A DNA stretch of 64,000 nucleotides from Candidatus Bathyarchaeota archaeon (GCA_963717465.1 OY970340.1:960001-1024000); one strand, 5' to 3'. Shown: positions 52,248 to 62,777, counted from the stretch's first letter. Notes: generated from the letters alone by a model not told the origin. A program made the numbers and translations.

Positions 52248-54008
52248 TTATGCCCCAAAGTGTTTCTTTCCGCCTTCTATTTTGACTGAATCGTCATCCC
52301 AGTAGTTAGCTCCAGGAGTGGAAACCACCATCCCTGTGCCGCCGGGGGGATAATTCCAGTCTACTGCATCTTTTGGGCATATATGGAAACAAGTACCACA
52401 TTCCATGCAAGTTTCGAGTCTGGCAACAACAGCTTTTCCCTTTGCATCGTCCATATCGAACACTCCGCCCATGCAGTACCTGTAGCATTTGCCGCAGCCG
52501 TCGCACTTGGACTCGTCTATCCGTATGAAGTTTTCCTTCGTCGGAATGAAGGCAGTGCACGACTTTATCTTATCCGACAGGTTTTTGCCAGCCCATTCCT
52601 TTTCCGTCTCAGAAACATCTACACTACATTTTGGGAATACACCAGAATTTGCAGGTTTAAAATTCGGCACCATGCTCCATACATTGGCGAGAGCTGGGAC
52701 AATAACTCCCTCCATAAGTTTAGAAATGTTTTCTTTTTGCCCACGTGTTTGTGAAGCTGCAGGACACATGCCTGGAACTATTCTTGGGATTTTTCTTAGA
52801 AAAGGAGCCATTCCATCCTCAGTTCTCCATTTTCCATGAACCCATGGTTGGAGTGCGGCGTCAGCAACCCATACACGCTGTTTCCACCTGTCCTCGTACT
52901 CCTTCAGAACCGCTGCGGATACGTCTCCTTTTTCAATTGCTTTCTTTGCGACATCGGCAGCTATTATAGCGCAATCCCACGCAGGATATACGCCCATGCC
53001 TTGCCAACAAGTGCCTATACCAGCGTCTCCTACAACCAAAATTCCGTTTCCATAAGTTGGTCCATAACAACCCATATCTACAGTATCAGGGCATGCTTTG
53101 CAACTCATGGCTACAAGCTTGCCGTTGCTTACATAACTATTGTAAATCATGTGCTGCCCTATTCTAGCCAGCAAACCCCACGTGTTTGTGTGCATCCAGC
53201 AGTCACATTTGCCTCCTGGCTCAGCCATGCTGCCGGTACCTATTTTCAGGTAAGTTTTTCCGTCAGACTGTTTTAGGTAGTAAATCCACCCGTAACCATA
53301 GCCTACTTCGTGTGAATCTATGAGTTCAGTTTCCATAAAGTTGAAGGTACCTTGAACAGCAGGCGCCTCCTCTGGAGCAGCCGAACCCATTTCATACACA
53401 ACCTCTGCAGCAATCCACAAGTCCTTTGAATGAAACTTGGGTCTTAATCCTGCTTTTCTAGTGACAATAGAGTTGGTTCCGTCAGCAGCCACCGTTATTG
53501 ATGCTTCAATCTTTTCACCCTTGTCAGTTATTACTCCCTTCACTGTGGCACCGTCACGAATGATGTCAACCACTAAGGTTGAAGTCATCAGTTCGACTCC
53601 TCTTTTTACAACTATATCAGCAAACCATCTATCCCATTGATTACGATTAGAAACATAGACGCGCGCAGTAGGATCAGGGTCATCTGCGTCTCCTACTTCA
53701 AATGCATTAAAGTTGATAAATCCTCCATTCTTAAGAAGAGCTTTTTCAAAATAAACATGGAAACCGTCCATGTAAGCCATCAGCTTCTCCTTCGGCACTA
53801 AATCATCTATCTCAGGTAAAAGCGCTTCTGCATAATTCTGATTTTTACCGTTTACCGAGACGTTTTTTTCTCCAGGCCACCTTGTCCTTTCGATTAGCAA
53901 TGTTTTCAAGCCTAACATGGATGCTCTAAGAGCAGTACTAGCCCCAGCGACTCCTGCACCCACAACTATTACATCATATTTTTTATCCTTTGGCACATTC
54001 TCACCCAA
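52248..54008 (-). CDS. FixC/geranylgeranyl-reductase-like flavoprotein fused to FixX-like ferredoxin
   Basis: VGAGVAG, GEKN, AADG, VGDAG; C-terminal CDGCGKC..C, CMECGTC..CP, WNYPPGG.G. Confidence 0.8.
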   Translation of the reverse strand: MGENVPKDKKYDVIVVGAGVAGASTALRASMLGLKTLLIERTRWPGEKNVSVNGKNQNYAEALLPEIDDLVPKEKLMAYMDGFHVYFEKALLKNGGFINFNAFEVGDADDPDPTARVYVSNRNQWDRWFADIVVKRGVELMTSTLVVDIIRDGATVKGVITDKGEKIEASITVAADGTNSIVTRKAGLRPKFHSKDLWIAAEVVYEMGSAAPEEAPAVQGTFNFMETELIDSHEVGYGYGWIYYLKQSDGKTYLKIGTGSMAEPGGKCDCWMHTNTWGLLARIGQHMIYNSYVSNGKLVAMSCKACPDTVDMGCYGPTYGNGILVVGDAGIGTCWQGMGVYPAWDCAIIAADVAKKAIEKGDVSAAVLKEYEDRWKQRVWVADAALQPWVHGKWRTEDGMAPFLRKIPRIVPGMCPAASQTRGQKENISKLMEGVIVPALANVWSMVPNFKPANSGVFPKCSVDVSETEKEWAGKNLSDKIKSCTAFIPTKENFIRIDESKCDGCGKCYRYCMGGVFDMDDAKGKAVVARLETCMECGTCFHICPKDAVDWNYPPGGTGMVVSTPGANYWDDDSVKIEGGKKHFGA

Positions 54009-54289
54009 ACATGGACTGGATTTGAGCTTATTTAAAAGCTTTAGCTAGAAATTGATTTTACAAGTCCCCTGTGCAAACTAGCAACTTCTTAAGTTGAATC
54101 GATTCAAGCATTGTTATTAATACAAATAAGTTGCCGTTGACAAACCTAAAAGAATAAAAAATCAGGAATCGATGATGTTAAACAATCCCCGATTAGAGAG
54201 CATTTAATTAATTTGCGAAATTCGACTAGCCATCATTAGTTGGGCATCAGTTTTTAGTTTTGAAGAAAAAGAGTGGTTGAGATTTGTTT

Positions 54290-54907
54290 TTATTTTGTTA
54301 CAAGGCTCAGTGTCTTGTTGACTGCGTTCCAGTTGACTATGTTCCAGAAAGCTTCAATGAATTTTGGTCGTTCGTTTTTGTAGTCAAGGTAGTATGCGTG
54401 TTCCCAAACGTCAAGAACCATCAAGATCTGGAAAGTCGGATAAACATTCACGTTGTGTTTTTCTATCTGCATAATGAATGGTTTCTTGATGCATGGATGA
54501 ATGGTTAATGCAGCCCAGCCTGATCCTTCTGTGCTGGCAGCGGCTTGTGTGAATTCTTTTTTGAATCTGTCGAAGCTTCCGAATTCTTTATCGATTAATT
54601 CAGCGATGGCTCCGCTGGGTTTTCCTCCTCCGCCTTTTCCGGCTGGAGCAAGATTGTCCCAGAATATTGTATGTAGAATGTGTCCGCCGACGTTGAATGA
54701 TAATTCCTTCATTAGTGCTTTTATGTCTATTTCTGCGTTTTCTTTTCTTGCTTTGTCAAGTTTTTCAAGGATAGCGTTAGCGCCGTTTACGTATGTTTGA
54801 TGATGCTTATCATGATGCAGTGTTAGTTGTTGCTCTGAAATGTACGGTGCGAGTGCATTATACTCGTAGGGTAATTTTGGCAGAGAATATACTTTTGCTG
54901 TCTCCAT
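54290..54907 (-). CDS. sod: Fe/Mn superoxide dismutase
   Basis: [25 protein letters not shown]. Confidence 0.97.
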   Translation of the reverse strand: METAKVYSLPKLPYEYNALAPYISEQQLTLHHDKHHQTYVNGANAILEKLDKARKENAEIDIKALMKELSFNVGGHILHTIFWDNLAPAGKGGGGKPSGAIAELIDKEFGSFDRFKKEFTQAAASTEGSGWAALTIHPCIKKPFIMQIEKHNVNVYPTFQILMVLDVWEHAYYLDYKNERPKFIEAFWNIVNWNAVNKTLSLVTK

Positions 54908-54968
54908 TTTAATTCACCAAAAACAACTATTTCAGAAGCAATTTTCAATTAATATACTTTGTCTTTTG

Positions 54969-55011
54969 CAGGTTAACGCTTTGTTGCTATTATCTTTTTC
55001 AGGTTAACGCT
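54969..55011. promoter_or_regulatory. Direct repeat caggttaacgct x2 in the divergent sod/rubrerythrin promoter
   Basis: Exact 12-mers at 54969 and 55000. Confidence 0.5.
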
Positions 55012-55071
55012 GATTAGCTAGCTACTTATTACTAACCTGCTGAATAGTTCTATATGTGAGAGTGAATAAAA

Positions 55072-55575
55072 ATGGCAAAAACTATGGATAATTTGAAGGC
55101 TGCTTTTGCCGGCGAATCTCAAGCAAACAGGATGTACTTAGCTTTCGCTAAGAAGGCTGAGGAAGAAGGGTTCAAGCAAGTTGCTAAACTTTTTAGAGCT
55201 GCAGCTGAAGCTGAAACTGTGCACGCTTTAAACCATCTGAGAACAACTGGACAAGTAAAATCAACCCTTGAAAACTTAGGCACTGCCGTGTCGGGCGAAA
55301 CCTACGAGTTCAAAAAAATGTATCCTGAGTTCATCGAGGAAGCAAAGAAAGAAGGAGACAAAAAAGCACTAATTAGTTTTGATTACGCAAACCAGGTTGA
55401 GCAAATCCACGCTGGCTTATACCAGAAAGCTCTTGATGCTTTAAAGAACAAGAAAGAACCTGCCAAAGTTGACTATTACGTATGTAGCGTCTGCGGAAAC
55501 ACATTTGAAGGCTCAGCACCTGACAAGTGCCCAATCTGCGGTACACCCAAAGAAAAATTCACCAAAATTGCCTAA
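55072..55575 (+). CDS. rbr: Rubrerythrin
   Basis: AFAGESQA, EAETVHA, GETYE, EQIH, CSVCG..CPICG. Confidence 0.95.
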   Translation: MAKTMDNLKAAFAGESQANRMYLAFAKKAEEEGFKQVAKLFRAAAEAETVHALNHLRTTGQVKSTLENLGTAVSGETYEFKKMYPEFIEEAKKEGDKKALISFDYANQVEQIHAGLYQKALDALKNKKEPAKVDYYVCSVCGNTFEGSAPDKCPICGTPKEKFTKIA

Positions 55576-55665
55576 AAGCAATCAGTGAATACTCGGAAAA
55601 TACCAGAATAATTAATTTTCTTTTTTTATTTTGCGTTTTCTTTTTTTGATTTTTTTTTGTGCTTG

Positions 55666-56392
55666 TTAATTCTTCATGAAGTCGGTTAGTTTGAGGTTTT
55701 CTGAGGGAAGTTCAGCTGAGCCTAGCATGAAGTGTGGATGTTTTTCTAGCGATAGTTCGTTGGTGTATAGAGTTTTTTGGAAATACAGTACGGTTGAGGC
55801 TTTTTGGCAGGTGGCTTCTTTGAGTAACGTTTCGCGTTTGCTGTCTTGATGTCGTGAATAAGTGGCTATTATGATGATTTGGCGTTCTTTGGCGAAGCTT
55901 GCAAGGTAGCGTGTTATTTGATTGTAAATGCTCTGTGCTTCATCATCGGGAATGTCTTCATCGAGGAATAACTGCAGGATATCCGAGATGATTACGATTT
56001 TAGCATTATATTTGGTGATGGTTTCGCTTAGTTTATCCATTATAAGTGAAGTTAACTGGTAGGCCGTGAAGGCCCTTGAAATATAGATGCGGTCCAGTGT
56101 CTTCTTTGGGTCCATCTGGTGCACTTGGGCTAAACGGGTTACTTGGTAGAGCTTAAAATTGTTTCCCCCGTCTATGAATACAACATTGCTTCCTAAACCG
56201 CCAAGCTGTACAGGTAATTGTGCCCGTATGCAGAGTAGTGAAATTAATGAGTCTACTGATTGGGACCCGTAAAGAACAGCGAAGTCGCCAGGCTGCAAAA
56301 CCTGGGAAAAGCTCGTCGACACCCTGCATATTTAATGAAAACAAAGTTTTGTTTACGTTTACATTCGGCTTTAATAGTATGTTCTGAGTCAA
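55666..56392 (-). CDS. Inactive RadA/Rad51-like ATPase-fold protein, frameshifted near 56290
   Basis: GVDELFPGF/GDFAVLYG with no Walker A GKT; FIDGGN, ISRAFTAYQL. Confidence 0.7.
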
Positions 56393-56605
56393 CTTGTTTC
56401 TTCTCCTATCCTATTGAAGAAAATGTTACGCTGTTTAATGCCTTTTAAACTATCATTAAAGCGACAGGTGAAAGCAGAAGAGAGTGCGGTTAAAGTGAAT
56501 TAAAATTTAATCAAACCAGCCCAAACCAGCCCAGCGATTTCAGGGTTTTTTTGTTCGATTGTTAAAATGAAAGTTCTTAATAATATATGGAATTATTATT
56601 ATATT

Positions 56606-57616
56606 ATGAGTAGATTTGTTGATTATGCTAAACTTGTTAGACCGTATGGTTTGCTGTTTTTAGGTTTCACTCCTTTTTTCGGAGCAGTTTGCAATGGAGA
56701 AAAAGATTTCTTTAGTCTGTTTTTATTGGTTTTAATCGGCGTTTCGATCCACATATTTACTTTTGTGCAGAATGATTATTTTGATTTAGAAATCGATAGA
56801 AAATCACCACACGTTCTTGATAGACCTCTTGTAACTGGCAGGATAAAAATGAAAACGGCTTTGTCCATGGTGATTATAGCATTTTTATTCTCTATCATTA
56901 TCAATTTGTTGTTTTTATTTACTGTTCTGTCTTTTTCGATGCTATTGCTCTCTTTCCTTTTAATAACACTTTATAACAAGTATAGTAAGCGTTATTTCGG
57001 CATGGAATATGTTCTTGCGGCAGGTGTTTTTACAACCGGTTTATTTGGCGCTTACAGCGTTTCAACTGATATATCTAGTTTGGCAATCATAGTGTGCCTT
57101 GTTTGTATGATGCAATGGATTTTTAGTGTCGGCGTTTTTGCAAATCTGAAAGACGTAAAATACGATGTTAAAATGGGCGTCAAGACTACGCCAACGGTTC
57201 TCGGTGTAAAAGTAGTAAATGAGGATTTCAGTATGCCTTCATTATTTGTTGGCTATGCTTTTTTTATTAAAATCCTCCACATATTCATTGCTTTTCTTCC
57301 TATTTTACTGGGATATACTGCGGTGTTTATTTTCGATTTGCCGATACCGTTTTTGTTTTTCGTCTTGCTTTCAGCAGCAGTTTTATATCTTGTTGCAAAA
57401 ATCTTATCAACGCCGCTGTCCAAAAGAGACAGAATGCTTGTTTATGATGGAGTCCAGGAAGGACTATCTTTTTTGTTAATTCCAGTGGTTATCATGAGCT
57501 TTCTGATTGAGAATATAGGTGTAGTCGCAACGGTTTTAATAATAATTTTGATGATTGTATGGCCTATATTATCCTTAAGATTAGTTTTTGGTAAAAAATT
57601 AATCCCACTAGAATAG
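56606..57616 (+). CDS. UbiA-family prenyltransferase
   Basis: LVRPY, NDYFDLEID..DRPL, LYN, LKDVKYD..G.KT. Confidence 0.85.
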   Translation: MSRFVDYAKLVRPYGLLFLGFTPFFGAVCNGEKDFFSLFLLVLIGVSIHIFTFVQNDYFDLEIDRKSPHVLDRPLVTGRIKMKTALSMVIIAFLFSIIINLLFLFTVLSFSMLLLSFLLITLYNKYSKRYFGMEYVLAAGVFTTGLFGAYSVSTDISSLAIIVCLVCMMQWIFSVGVFANLKDVKYDVKMGVKTTPTVLGVKVVNEDFSMPSLFVGYAFFIKILHIFIAFLPILLGYTAVFIFDLPIPFLFFVLLSAAVLYLVAKILSTPLSKRDRMLVYDGVQEGLSFLLIPVVIMSFLIENIGVVATVLIIILMIVWPILSLRLVFGKKLIPLE

Positions 57617-57683
57617 AGCAGATCTAAAATCCGACAGCAATTTTAAAAAAGTAAAAAGGGAAAAAGGCTCGATTATGCAACCA

Positions 57684-57880
57684 CTAAGAGCCATCTTGCT
57701 TAAGATACTTAGCTAACAGTAACGCTTCTTCGCTAATCAACATCTCAAACTCTTGTCTCTTTCCATGCCTAATTCTTGGTATCTCCACATATTCATCAAA
57801 CAGCCTATCCAATGCAACCATGAAATTCTTAGTTTCCGTATCACTAAGGTACTCTCTTTTCCCAATTTTACCCTTGACAA
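57684..57880 (-). pseudogene. cas1: Probable C-terminal remnant of a solo Cas1-family protein
   Basis: GKREYL.D.ET..F...L..LF...VEIPRIRHGKRQEFE.LI.EEALLLAKYL matches my recollection of archaeal solo Cas1 C-termini; no N-terminus present. Confidence 0.55.
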
Positions 57881-58028
57881 GCACGTTAACGTCAAGTTAA
57901 GCTTACTCACGCTTACTATGGTAAATAAAGTGTTCTCCCTTAGTCATGGCTTCAAGTTTAGCTAATCTTTAAAGCTAAACTCTTTACTCAGAAGCCGCCT
58001 GTCTGATACAACATGAAACTTTGACTGG

Positions 58029-58769
58029 CTAGTGTGAATAAAGTTTTGCGTAAGGTCTACTTGATATTGGCAGAACCTTTTTGAATTTAGCTTTCAAGAT
58101 TTCGTTGGCGTCCATATTGAAATAACCGCAGTATTCCTTTACTAATTCTTCTATCATGCGGAGGTCGCGTTTGTTTACGTCTGAGATTTTTGTGCCGTTT
58201 TCTGTTGTGAGGATGTCGCCGCGTTCGTAGATTACTCCACCGTGCATTCCTGTTCCAACGAATCGTGCGTTGCAACGTTCGCCTTCTTTTAGGTTTAAGC
58301 CTAAGAGCAGTATAATGCCGCCTGCCATGTATTCAGCTAAGAAGTCTCCTGCTGTTTGGCCGATGATTATTTTTGGGATTTTCTTTTTGTATTCTTTCAT
58401 GTGTATGCCTACTCTGCAGCCGACGTAGTCTTTGACGAAAACTTTTCCGCCACGCATCGAATGCCCTGTTACGTCTCCTGCATGTCCATGAATGATTATT
58501 TTGCCTTCATCCATCGTATTACCGCAGCCATCTTGAGCACTACCATGAATAACCAACGTAGGTCCACTCATGAAAGCAGCCAAATCATTTCCAGGCGTCC
58601 CATGAACATCTATCTGCACCGTAGAATGCAAATCAGTTCCAAGATATCTTTGACCGATAACATTTTGGATATCAATCTTCTCCACACTGTTTTCCTTTCC
58701 ATTCACGAGGGCTCGTAAGATTTGGTTTAAGTCTTTATAGTGCAAGCCGTCAGCGTCAATTTTTGCCAT
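58029..58769 (-). CDS. Glutamate synthase GXGXG (domain 3) subunit
   Basis: GQRYLG, GTPGNDL, MRGG, AEYMAGG, GTGMHGG. Confidence 0.9.
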   Translation of the reverse strand: MAKIDADGLHYKDLNQILRALVNGKENSVEKIDIQNVIGQRYLGTDLHSTVQIDVHGTPGNDLAAFMSGPTLVIHGSAQDGCGNTMDEGKIIIHGHAGDVTGHSMRGGKVFVKDYVGCRVGIHMKEYKKKIPKIIIGQTAGDFLAEYMAGGIILLLGLNLKEGERCNARFVGTGMHGGVIYERGDILTTENGTKISDVNKRDLRMIEELVKEYCGYFNMDANEILKAKFKKVLPISSRPYAKLYSH

Positions 58770-58848
58770 TTTTGCCTCTTTTTTCACCCTTGAAGTGAAC
58801 TTTGAATTGATTTCTATTGTTGATTTTTCTTGTTCAATCATACTCTTC

Positions 58849-60360
58849 TTAGTCTCCTGCCATTTTTACCCCAAGAATATCAAGCTCAGTCTGTGTTAAT
58901 CCTACGCCTCTTAACGCTAATCTGTTGCCTCGTAAGCTTTCAATAGCGTTTATACCCATTCCACCCATCATGTCTTTAATCTCTATGCTCCAACTGATCA
59001 ACAAATTCATTAAGCGCTTTGAAGCTATGTCCGGGTTGATTCTTTTGCTGATCCACGGATCCGTTGTAGTTATACCCCAGGGGCACTTGCCAGTGTAGCA
59101 GCGTTGACAAACTGTGCATCCTATCGCAACCAAAGCGGCAGTTCCAATGTACACTGCGTCAGCGCCAAGTGCGATTGCTTTTGCCACATCTGAACTGCTC
59201 TTTATGCCGCCTGCAGCAACAATTGATGCTTTATTTCTTATGCCTTCATCCCTAAGACGCTGATCAACCTGTGCGATTGCCAACTCGATAGGTATGCCTA
59301 CATTGTCTCTGATGACTTTTGGCGCTGCCCCTGTTGACCCTCTGATGCCATCCAACGCTATTATGTCAGCTCCAGCCCGCACCATTCCGCTTGCAATCGC
59401 TGAAGCATTGTGAACCGCTGCAATCTTGACTGAGATCGGCTTTGTATAGTTTGTTGCTTCTTTAAGCGCGTAAATCAACTGCCGCAGATCTTCAATTGAG
59501 TATATGTCATGTTGAGGATAAGGTGAAAGCGCATCTGTACCCGTTGGAATCATCCGGGTTTTAGCGACTTCACTCGTGACTTTTTCGCCTGGAAGGTGAC
59601 CGCCGATGCCTGGTTTTGCACCCTGCCCAATCTTAATTTCAACTGCCGCACCAGCATGCAGGTATTGGGGGTGTACGCCGAATCGGCCAGATGCAACTTG
59701 GACGATTGCGTGAGCGCCGTACTTGTATAAGCTTTGGTCCAAGCCGCCTTCGCCCGTGTTAAAGTAAGTTCCGCATTCTGTAGCAGCTCTCGCCAGGGAC
59801 TCATGCACGTTTAGGCTTACTGCTCCGTACGACATGGCGCTGAACATGATCGGGGTGTCAAGGCATAACTGCGGCGAAAGCTCAGTTTTTATTATGGCAC
59901 CGTTTTTTTCCAGTTCTATTTTTAGCTGGTCTGGTTTTGCGCCAAGGTACGTTCTAATCTCCATCGGTTCCCGTAAGGGGTCAATGGATGGGTTAGTTAC
60001 TTGGCTAGCATTAAGAACCAGGCGGTCCCAGTAAGTGAAGTTTGGTTTGTCGCATCCCATGCCTGTCAAGATTACTGCACCGGTTTCAGCCTGTTTTTTC
60101 AGGTCTCGAATGGCTTCAGTGGTCCAATTGCTGTTTTCCTTGATGTTGTTCTGGTTCTTCCTAATCGTGATTGCATGTGTGGGACAGAAGATGACGCATC
60201 GCTGGCAATTAACACAATTCTCATCTTTACTGCAAACGGTATCATCTTCCGCATCGTAATAGTGAGTATCGTAAGTGCATTGGTTAATGCAAACTTTGCA
60301 GCGGATACATCGGTTCTGGTCTCTATCAACTAGATATTCAGGGTTCACGTACGTCTTCAA
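58849..60360 (-). CDS. Glutamate synthase FMN-binding subunit with N-terminal ferredoxin
   Basis: SAMSYGA, NTGEGG, QVASGRFG, KIGQGAKPG.GGHLPG.K, CTVCQRCYTG.CP. Confidence 0.95.
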   Translation of the reverse strand: MKTYVNPEYLVDRDQNRCIRCKVCINQCTYDTHYYDAEDDTVCSKDENCVNCQRCVIFCPTHAITIRKNQNNIKENSNWTTEAIRDLKKQAETGAVILTGMGCDKPNFTYWDRLVLNASQVTNPSIDPLREPMEIRTYLGAKPDQLKIELEKNGAIIKTELSPQLCLDTPIMFSAMSYGAVSLNVHESLARAATECGTYFNTGEGGLDQSLYKYGAHAIVQVASGRFGVHPQYLHAGAAVEIKIGQGAKPGIGGHLPGEKVTSEVAKTRMIPTGTDALSPYPQHDIYSIEDLRQLIYALKEATNYTKPISVKIAAVHNASAIASGMVRAGADIIALDGIRGSTGAAPKVIRDNVGIPIELAIAQVDQRLRDEGIRNKASIVAAGGIKSSSDVAKAIALGADAVYIGTAALVAIGCTVCQRCYTGKCPWGITTTDPWISKRINPDIASKRLMNLLISWSIEIKDMMGGMGINAIESLRGNRLALRGVGLTQTELDILGVKMAGD

Positions 60361-61496
60361 TGTAATTCACCGCCAGATCCTTCATTCTTTTTCTTTCCGT
60401 TTCTTAATTTGCCAATCACTGGTTCGCCTCCTCTTGGACACCAGTACTTATCCAAGTCTGGAGAAACCAGTCGAATCGCCGACTCCTCAGATGACAAGTA
60501 CAAGACATCTCCACGCTGACCAGCCACGAGGGGTCGAAGTTTAATTCGGTCGGTTAAACCTATCATTTCGCCTTCATGCGCAATAATAATGCTGAACGGG
60601 CCATTCATCAGCAAGCTTCCGTAAGTTTGACGAAGCGCCCTTAGCAGCTCTGCCTTTTTTGGCTCCATCTTGTCTATTTCACTCCACAAAGGCGAAGCAA
60701 AAATTTGACTCACAATGTCAATTGGCAAATGTTGTCTTCGCATGAGCAAGTCAAGCGCATACGCTAAGACCTCCGTATCTGTTTGCATAGTGCATTTGTA
60801 ACCGAACATTTCCAAATAGCGACGGTTGATGCCGTATGATGAGAGTTCGCCATTGTGCACCACTGTCCAATCTAAAATATTGAATGGGTGTGCTCCTCCC
60901 CACCAACCTGGAGTGTTCGTTGGGAACCTGCCGTGGCAAGTCCAGAGATAACCTTCATACTCATCTAAACAGTAAAACTCTGCAACATCTTCCGGAAAGC
61001 CTACCCCTTTAAAGACGCCCATGTTTTTACCACTGGAGAACACGAATGCTTTTCCAGTTTCAGTGTTAACATGCATGATTGCTTCTATCACGTAGTCTTC
61101 TACTGATTGGTTTTCAGGCCGATTCTTGCTGGGTTGAACAAAGTACCGCCAAACTAACGGTGGATCACGCACGTTAGCTGCGGGTCTTGTTTGCATTTCC
61201 TCGTCATGAATAATGTCAAATTTTGAGGCAAGAATCTTATCAGTTTTCTCTTTTGCGTCCTTGCTTAGGTACATGATATGAAAGGCATAATCATCTTTAT
61301 GCTTCGGGTATATACCGTAGATTGCGAAGCCGCCGCCTAAACCGTTACCTCTCTCATGCATGTTAGTTATAGCTCTTATTGGATCGTGAGATGAGAAGCG
61401 TTTGCCCTCCAAATTCATCATGCCAAAGATAGAGCAGCCTGAAAAATCCTTGTCATCGCCAAAAGGATTGATTATTCTTCTATCCTGTCTATCCAT
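60357..61496 (-). CDS. Glutamate synthase glutamine amidotransferase subunit
   Basis: GCSIFG, ERGNGLGGG, HGRFPTNT, AHPF, VHNGE, DRIKLRP. Confidence 0.92.
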   Translation of the reverse strand: MDRQDRRIINPFGDDKDFSGCSIFGMMNLEGKRFSSHDPIRAITNMHERGNGLGGGFAIYGIYPKHKDDYAFHIMYLSKDAKEKTDKILASKFDIIHDEEMQTRPAANVRDPPLVWRYFVQPSKNRPENQSVEDYVIEAIMHVNTETGKAFVFSSGKNMGVFKGVGFPEDVAEFYCLDEYEGYLWTCHGRFPTNTPGWWGGAHPFNILDWTVVHNGELSSYGINRRYLEMFGYKCTMQTDTEVLAYALDLLMRRQHLPIDIVSQIFASPLWSEIDKMEPKKAELLRALRQTYGSLLMNGPFSIIIAHEGEMIGLTDRIKLRPLVAGQRGDVLYLSSEESAIRLVSPDLDKYWCPRGGEPVIGKLRNGKKKNEGSGGELH

Positions 61497-62776
61497 TATT
61501 GCGCCACCTTCATTTTTCTCAGCACCGTCATTGGTAGTGTTGCTAAACCGAAATCATCTTGGAGAAGTTCTTGTTTGATTTTCTTTACTTTGATTTTGTT
61601 CTTCATTAAATAAAACAGGGTTCCAGCCCGTTCAATATCATTAATTAATGTTAATCCCACTATTTCGTCATCTTTGAGGACGATTTTCTTGTAAACAGTC
61701 TTAGCCGTGTCTAATTTGGTTAGGACTTCATATGGTGGTTCATCCTTGCCGTTTGCCATGCCTATGGAGATTATTGGGATGTTAAAGTACTTCAGAGAGC
61801 TCATGTTCGTGCCCCCTGCATACTCGGTTTTGCGTCCTGCCATGTTGTAACCTGCAATTCTTCCTTCCAAGGTGGCTAGTGGCCAAAGTGGCAAGAGGCG
61901 ATTTTGGTTAAGAATGAAGTCATATGTTTCTGCTACGTCGCCGCTGGCGTAAACGTCTGGAACGCTTGTCTGCATGAAATTGTCAACGATTACTCCTCTG
62001 TTTGTTCTGATTTGGGTGCCTGCGACAAGCTCTGTTCTGGGAACAACGCCGATGGCAACAACCACTAAGTCGCATAGAATCTGATAACCGTTGGTCAAAA
62101 TAACGCTGCCAACAGCTGTTTCTCTGTCGGGTTTTGCCAAGATTTTCTGGACAGATTGCCCTGTTACAATGCTAACGCCCGCTTTCCTGATGACACCTTC
62201 AACAAGGCTGGACGCTTTAGAGTCTAACAGTAGGCTGAGAATTCTATCCTGCAACTCTACAACTGTGACTCTTAAGCCTCGTTTAACAAGAGCTTCAGTA
62301 ACGCTAATACCGATTAAGCCTGCGCCGATAACCACTGCGCTTTTTGCTTTGATAGCATCTATTTTTTCAGCTAAGCGCTCGGCATCTTTGAATGTTGTGA
62401 AAGTAAACACGTTTTCTTTATCCTGCCCTTCAATATTAGGGACGAATGGTTTGCCGCCTGTTGCAAGAAGCAGTTTCTCATAGGCGACTTTTTCACCGGT
62501 TTCCAACGTGACGGTTTTATCAGCAAGGTTTAACGCCGTTGCCTTAATACCTGTGAATTCCTGAACATTCTTGCTCTTCCAGAAATCGTCCGTGCGACAT
62601 TTCATCTTATTAAAGTCTGCTTTGCCGCTGACGAAGTCGCTAATCATCGGTCTAGAATATTGTGGGCAGGGCTCTTCAGAGATTATTGCCATTGTACCTG
62701 CCTGGTCGACTTCACGAATGGCTTCAACTGCACCTATTCCAGCTGCAGAAGCGCCGACTATAACGTATTTTACCAT
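61496..62776 (-). CDS. NAD(P)/FAD-dependent oxidoreductase
   Basis: VGASAAG, LLATGG, IGAGLIG, TSVPDVYASGD. Confidence 0.9.
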   Translation of the reverse strand: MVKYVIVGASAAGIGAVEAIREVDQAGTMAIISEEPCPQYSRPMISDFVSGKADFNKMKCRTDDFWKSKNVQEFTGIKATALNLADKTVTLETGEKVAYEKLLLATGGKPFVPNIEGQDKENVFTFTTFKDAERLAEKIDAIKAKSAVVIGAGLIGISVTEALVKRGLRVTVVELQDRILSLLLDSKASSLVEGVIRKAGVSIVTGQSVQKILAKPDRETAVGSVILTNGYQILCDLVVVAIGVVPRTELVAGTQIRTNRGVIVDNFMQTSVPDVYASGDVAETYDFILNQNRLLPLWPLATLEGRIAGYNMAGRKTEYAGGTNMSSLKYFNIPIISIGMANGKDEPPYEVLTKLDTAKTVYKKIVLKDDEIVGLTLINDIERAGTLFYLMKNKIKVKKIKQELLQDDFGLATLPMTVLRKMKVAQ

Positions 62777-62777
62777 G

